DNA of 15,733 bases from Octopus sinensis. Lineage: Eukaryota. Position numbers and translations under genes: made by a program. The DNA lies in contig NW_021825411.1 of assembly GCF_006345805.1 (NCBI RefSeq), positions 1 through 15,733 on the forward strand, given 5' to 3'. Shown piece by piece: positions 9,885 to 15,733 of the stretch; positions within the stretch are counted from its first letter, which is position 1, and every line of letters begins with the position of its first letter. Under the pieces are notes generated by a model. That model saw only the letters and a list, made by a program, of their open reading frames with translations, had not been told where the DNA came from and did not search any database.

Positions 9885-10095
9885 ACCGGAGTAAACATAT
9901 AAATGTGAAACAAGGTGGAAAAAAGAGTACTCAAATGCCAGAGGTAGAGTAATATGCTTTATTTAAAAGCAGTAGAAATTTAACAAAAGCTGTTACTCGG
10001 AGTTTCACGTTCCCATTCGTTGGCCAGTTTAAAAAAACTCCGAGTAACAGCTTTTGTTAATTTGTTAAATTTCTGCTGCTTTTAAATAAAGTATA
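9885..10095 (-). mobile_element. Short Penelope-like terminal-repeat/retrozyme-like element with an inverted partial duplication
   Basis: ~210 bp between two (TA)n tracts. It contains HHR2, an AATAAA downstream of it on the minus strand, and inverted arms at 9953-10005 and 10035-10095. Confidence 0.7.
9990..10027 (-). ncRNA. Degenerate minimal type I hammerhead motif (HHR2), probably inactive
   Basis: Minus strand reads CUGG-CCAACGA-AUG-GGAA-CGU-GAA-ACUCCGAGU-A/ACAG. GAAA, stem II, near-palindromic stem III and GUA are intact. The core is CCAACGA instead of CUGANGA, and stem I has one mismatch. Confidence 0.65.
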
Positions 10096-10163
10096 AATAT
10101 ATATATATATATATATTTATCTGTATGTGTGTATGTATGTATTATATGTATTTATATACATAC

Positions 10164-10227
<64 letters not shown>

Positions 10228-10266
10228 AAACACACACACACATATACGGACACACATACACACGTA

Positions 10267-10649
10267 CACACAGACGCAGGCACTTACGTGTGGCAACTAC
10301 CATACCCATCTACCTTGCCCCTCTCACATGAGGTGCATTGTTTAAGCTAACGTGATGGCAATAAAACACCTGAGGATTTTATTAAGCAGCGTGATAGAAT
10401 CTCCACTCAAGTCGAAGCGAAGCATATTGAGACACACAGTCATTGTTTACGCCATCATTATTTTACAAAAAAAAAATTCATTGTTTAATTTTCAATACCA
10501 TCACCATCAATATCAAAAAATACCACTATCGAGTGGCTTAATACCATCCCCGAGAGTTTTATTACCATAGCGTCAAATTAAACAACATTCATGTGAAGGA
10601 GGCAGGGTAGATGTGCATGGTGGTTGCCCGACGTGTGTGGCTGTATCTT

Positions 10650-10654
<5 letters not shown>
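10267..10654. mobile_element. MITE/foldback-like element with ~130-bp imperfect inverted arms
   Basis: 10267-10397 aligns with the reverse complement of 10526-10654 at about 96/131 matches by manual alignment. The spacer is ~128 bp and the ends merge into (CA)n/(TG)n. Confidence 0.7.
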
Positions 10655-10688
<34 letters not shown>

Positions 10689-10805
10689 AAGAGTAACACC
10701 AAAAGAAAAACAACAAAAATAATTTGCAACTCCACACCAGCAGACATCAACAGCAAAAGCATCACCATCATTAGCTTTCAACATCAATAACAAAAATATG
10801 GATAA

Positions 10806-11037
10806 ATATATATTTCTTTATTACCCACAAGGGGCTAAACATAGGGGGGACAAACAAAGACAAAGTATTAGTCGATAATATCGACCCCAGTGCGTAAGTG
10901 GTACTTAATTTATCGACCTCGAAAGGATGAAAGCCAAAGTCGACCTCGGCGGAATTTGAACTCAGAACGTAACGGCAGACAAAATACGGCTACGCATTTC
11001 ACCCGGCCTGCTAATGATTCTGCCAGCTCGCCGCCTT
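10806..11037 (-). mobile_element. tRNA-derived SINE, family B, full length
   Basis: Closely similar along its length to 5018-5247. Confidence 0.9.
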
Positions 11038-11333
11038 CTAATGGGTAAATATAGTTTCATTTTGTTGTGTCTGGGGAGAGTCATTTTCTTTTTGTGCCTT
11101 ATTATTTAACACACTCACCGGTAAAACTTCGTGTGGAGTAGTGGTGTTTTTTAGTTCATGCAGTAGGACTCTCTTTCGTTTTTGGTATTGGTTGATTTCT
11201 TTGTATTGGAGCTGTCGGGCAGCTATCTTGATTTTCAGACAGCAGAACACAGTGTTTCTCAATGTCTTGCTAGCTTGGCTAAAGCTTATTATATTTCGTT
11301 TTTGGATTTGGTTTGCAAATACAAACTCCAAAT

Positions 11334-11464
11334 CGGTTTCGATTCTCAGACCGGGCGTTGTGTGTGTTTATTGAGCAAAAACACCTAAAAGCCCCACGAC
11401 GCTCCGGCACGGGTTGGTGGCGACCCCTGTTATACTCTTTCGCTCCAATATCTCTCACTCTTTT
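11334..11464 (+). mobile_element. SINE family A fragment, truncated at both ends and starting at the B box
   Basis: cggtttcgattctcagaccgggcgttgtgtgtgtttattgagc... aligns to the 2680 copy from ~2732 to ~2862. Confidence 0.85.
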
Positions 11465-11941
11465 ACGCGCCTTATGCATGAATAGGTATTCACACCATAC
11501 AGAAACGAAATGTATGGGTCTCACCAAAACCGAAATAGCATCCATTTTATTTTTAACGGCCCAAAAATGTATGTCCTTGTGTATCTTTAAGTATCCTCAA
11601 CGCAACTTAGCCGTGCCATGAAAAGAAATCTATATAAATCCTACCAGGTTCCAGGTTAGAGACGACGCCGGTTAAATCGCATAAAATTATATTGGAAGCG
11701 TTGCTTCGGCAAGGCCGCAGTCTAACCACCCCAACCACCAAACGAAAAATAGAGAAAAAAAAAAGGGAAACAAAATAACTAAATAAATAACAAACAAAAT
11801 ATTCATTTTAGGATTATCATTTACCGTTTCCAGAAAGATTAATAAACTATTTGATCTAGTGGGAATTGTAAAAGATCGCCTGCAATTTCCATTTTAATTT
11901 CAAAATTTTACAAAATATAAATATATCGTGTATACATACTC

Positions 11942-11942
<1 letters not shown>

Positions 11943-11972
<30 letters not shown>

Positions 11973-12420
11973 TGTATGTATGTATGTATGTATGTATGTA
12001 TGCATGTATGCATGTATGTATGTATGTATGCATGTATATATGTATGTATGTACGTATGTATGTATGTATCTATGTATGTATGTGGGTGTATGTATGTATG
12101 TATGTATGTGTATGTATGTATGTGTGTATGTATGTATGTGCGTATGTATATACATATGTGTGTGTGTACATATAACACACAGACATATACTAAATGTATA
12201 CATATATATATATTTCCATGTATATGTATGTAAATATGCATATATATCTGTGTATAGACATTCACATATACATGCAAGAGATACGCACCCCCACACACAG
12301 ATATATATATATATATAGAATCTATACGCATGCATGTATATATAAATGTATGTATGTATGTATGTATGTATGTATGCATGCGTGTATATACATGTATGTG
12401 TGGGCGTGTATGTGAGTGTG
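11943..12420. repeat. (TATG)n array with degenerate TA/TG flanks
   Basis: Read directly. Confidence 0.95.
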
Positions 12421-12469
12421 CGGTTTGGAATTTCTCTTATACAAGTTAGCGAATTAAAATTAACATTAA

Positions 12470-12752
<283 letters not shown>

Positions 12753-13093
12753 CACGCTCTATCGAATACAATTTTTCCTCGAGTTTTGGCTGCTAATCTG
12801 CAAACGAAACAGTATTAAAAGGCTTAATGCTTTAGCTGCTAGAATTACTCAAATGTCATAAACGAGTCGACGCTAAATTTAATCCCAGGTGGAAGGAGCT
12901 GAGCAGGGGCAGGAAGTTGAAATATTGCAGGGATGAATATAGTATTTTTGTTGCTTTGGTCTTCTCATTCACTCTGTTATTAATTGCAGTCAATTCGTCG
13001 CGGCCATGCTGGAGTACAACTATATAACGATTTCAGCTGTTCTTACTGCCTTATTCTTTTTTTGTTATACATTTTTTTATCTTTCTCTTGCCA

Positions 13094-13268
13094 TCTACTT
13101 CTTTCAGTCATTAGACTGCGGCCATACTGGAATAAATAGACCCCAATGCATATTTAAAACCTGGTTCTTGTTCTATCATTCTTTCTTGCCGAACGTCCAA
13201 GTTACGGAGACGTAAACACAGCAACACCGGTTGTTAAGTGGTTGTGGGAGAACAGAGTTACGAAGACA
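13094..13268 (-). mobile_element. CORE-like SINE (family C), 3' half
   Basis: The reverse complement cgcagtctaatgactgaa matches cgcagtcaaatgactgaa at the 3' end of the 9459 copy, and the match continues through the gtgtttacgtc region. Confidence 0.8.
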
Positions 13269-13286
13269 CACACACACACACACACA

Positions 13287-13484
13287 TCATGATAGATCGT
13301 TAGCCACTACACACATGTTTTTCTCTCATTGTTTCTCCCCTTGTTTTTTCTGCCTCCCTTTCTGTAGAAGAGCGTAGGCTCGAAACGTAAAATACTTCTT
13401 CTATTCCTGAGCGTTATACTAATACATCTGTTTGTTTTGTGCACCACCTTTCTTCGTCTTTTGTTTTTTTTCGTAAACTCTCCC
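13287..13484 (+). mobile_element. ~200-bp hammerhead-carrying element nested in the internal microsatellite of a CORE-like SINE
   Basis: Non-repetitive T-rich block between (CA)n and (TA)/(CATA)n. It is absent from the homologous position of the 9459 SINE copy and contains HHR3. Confidence 0.65.
13359..13392 (+). ncRNA. Minimal type I hammerhead-like motif (HHR3), A6U core variant
   Basis: UUU-CUGUAGA-A-GAGC-GUAG-GCUC-GAA-ACGU-A/AAA. Stem II is 4 bp, stem III is the loopless palindrome ACGU, the triplet is GUA, and stem I is weak (3 bp). Confidence 0.6.
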
Positions 13485-13488
13485 TATA

Positions 13489-13524
<36 letters not shown>

Positions 13525-13588
13525 TATATAGAGAGAGAGAGAGAGGGAGAGATAGAGAGCGAGAGAGATAAATATATAGAGATATATG

Positions 13589-13664
<76 letters not shown>

Positions 13665-13665
13665 G

Positions 13666-13815
13666 ACGACGGGCTTCTTTCAGCCTCCGTCTACTAAATC
13701 CACTAACAAGACTTTGGTTGAGCCGAGACTATAGTAGAAGATACTCTCCCAATGTATCACGTTGCAGAAGTGAACCCGTGACCATGTGGTTAGGAAGCCA
13801 GCTTCTTACCACCAG
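13666..13815 (-). mobile_element. CORE-like SINE (family C), 5' half
   Basis: The reverse complement ctgaaagaagcccgtcgt matches ctgaaagaagcccgacgt (9606-9623), and gtaagaagctggcttcctaaccacatggt matches the head of the 9459 copy. Confidence 0.8.
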
Positions 13816-13906
13816 TTGTGGTGGTGGTGACGGTGGTGACGGTGGTGACGGTGGTGATGTTCATGCTGGTGGTAGTCGCGGTAGTTGTGTCATTTGTTTT
13901 GTAGTT

Positions 13907-13937
<31 letters not shown>

Positions 13938-14475
13938 CAGTAGTAGTTTTAGTAGTAGTAGTGTTGTGGTTGATGGCATTCATTTAGTTGTTATCAGTGT
14001 TTGTGGCCTCGTTTTTACCTACTTGCAGTTGTAGTAGTTGTGGTAGTAATAGTTGTGATGGTAGTGGTGGTGGTGGTGGTGGTAGCAGTAGCAGTAGTGG
14101 TAGTGGTGGGAGTGGTTGTGGTGGTGGTGACGGTGGTGATGAAGGTGATGTTCATGCTGGTGGTAGTCGTGGTAGTGTCATTTATTTTGTATTATTATTA
14201 TTATTAGTAGTAGTAGTAGTAGTGGTAGTAGTAGTAGTAGTAGTACCAAAAGCAGCAGCAGCAGTAGTAATAATAATAGTAGTAGCAGGGGTAGTAACAG
14301 CAGCAGCAGCAACACTAGTAGCTATTGTAGCAATAGTAATGGTATGTCGGCGGTGGTGCTAGTATTTTTGTAACAGTGGTAGCAATAGTACTAGTGGTGT
14401 TGATAGTTTTGTTGTTAGTAGTAATAGTGGTGGTGGTGGTTTTGTTTTGTAGTTGTAGTGGTTGTGGTTGTGGTA
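13816..14475. repeat. (GGT)/(GTA)/(GCA) trinucleotide field with a duplicated ~75-nt unit
   Basis: gatgttcatgctggtggtagtcg occurs at 13856 and 14147. Confidence 0.9.
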
Positions 14476-14656
14476 GATATACTTCCCAACATGGCGCTTT
14501 ATTGCTGTTAAAATTTTTTTTTTGTTCCTTTTCTCCGTGTAATGATGTTTATATGCTTTTATCGTTATTAAGCTCAATAAATCTTGTTTCACACTCTGCG
14601 AAAGTACGAAGAGGGGAAAATGAGAGTGGGAGAGAGACAGCATATGTAAGAGTTAT

Positions 14657-14725
<69 letters not shown>

Positions 14726-14770
14726 GAGAAAGAGAGAGAGAGAGGGAGGGGTGCGGAGAGAGAGAGAAAG
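14657..14770. repeat. (GATA)n followed by (GA)n
   Basis: Read directly. Confidence 0.95.
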
Positions 14771-14879
14771 TGTGATCCAAAAGCTGACGAAAATTGAACG
14801 GCTGAATTTGGTCATCACAGTGTAATAAATATACATATCTACTCACAAGCATAAACATTGACTAATATGGCGGCCGGAC

Positions 14880-15310
14880 ACATAAATACATACACACGTA
14901 CACAAACACACACGCACGCACACACATACGCGCACACACAATCACACCCATGCACGCACACTTATCTACAAATATGAAAACGAAGGCCCTGTGTGTGTAT
15001 TTGTGTATGTATATGTGTGTATACACACACACATATATATATATACACATACATACATGCATAATACATACATACATACAAAGAACGCCGGACGCAAAAC
15101 ATTATATGAATATGTATATTCATAGACATATCTGCGTATATATATATATATATATATATATATACGAGTGTGTGTATGTATAATAATCACATATATATGT
15201 ACGTATATGTGCACACATACAAAGGCACACACATACTCACTCATATATATATATACACATATACACAGATTTATTTACGCACACATACACACATCATAGA
15301 TGTATATACA
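14880..15310. repeat. Degenerate (CA)/(TA)/(TG) microsatellite field
   Basis: Read directly. Confidence 0.9.
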
Positions 15311-15733
15311 GGTTTAATTTATTCATCGATCGGTCCGCACACATATTACCATTTATGACGCTCTGTCCAAGTTTATGATTGACAGATATAAATTGCCTTA
15401 CACTAACCTTGCAAAAGCGGAGATAATTTACCAAGACAAAAACAAACAAAAACACTACTATTGACAAACTTAATGTAGGCATCAATTAAGGAATATTTTA
15501 TACAATCAGTGTTATGTTAGATATGAATCAGCAGAGCTTTTTTTATCATGTTTTTCTTTATTATGGTCTTTATATACGCATATGTATCTATACGACTTGT
15601 TTGCCTTTTAGGCTTCTATGTCACGTATTTTTCGATGAGAAGTGAAACACGTATCGATGTTTCATTTAGTTCTCCATTTATATTGATCTGTGATTTTACC
15701 TCATTCTTCTCCTCTTCGTCCTCCTTGCCCTTC

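Noticed and set aside
11038-11331. 97-aa minus-strand ORF in non-microsatellite sequence (and the 66-aa ORF at 1575-1775)
   Set aside because: I recognise no RT, GIY-YIG or other motif. A TE remnant cannot be excluded without BLASTX.
15628-15664. CGATGA…GAAACACGTA hammerhead-like string
   Set aside because: There is no stem II or stem I pairing, and the core is wrong at positions 3-4.

Overview
AT-rich, microsatellite-saturated, non-coding animal DNA (intronic or intergenic). The SINE families and repeat make-up resemble what I recall of an octopus (coleoid cephalopod) genome; this is unverified. I found no credible protein-coding gene. Almost all listed ORFs are translations of simple repeats. 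The window holds three tRNA-derived SINE families (about 10 copies or fragments, one with a clear target-site duplication), a ~390-bp element with ~130-bp imperfect inverted arms (MITE/foldback-like), higher-order repeats inside trinucleotide arrays, and an unexplained GC-rich island at ~5.4-5.95 kb. The most notable signal is three different minimal type I hammerhead-ribozyme motifs (1538-1585 minus, 9990-10027 minus, 13359-13392 plus). Each has a palindromic or near-palindromic, dimer-type stem III and sits in an apparently non-coding element bordered by (TA)n/(CA)n. This is the architecture of Penelope-like element terminal repeats or retrozymes. All three have deviations in the catalytic core, so activity is not established.
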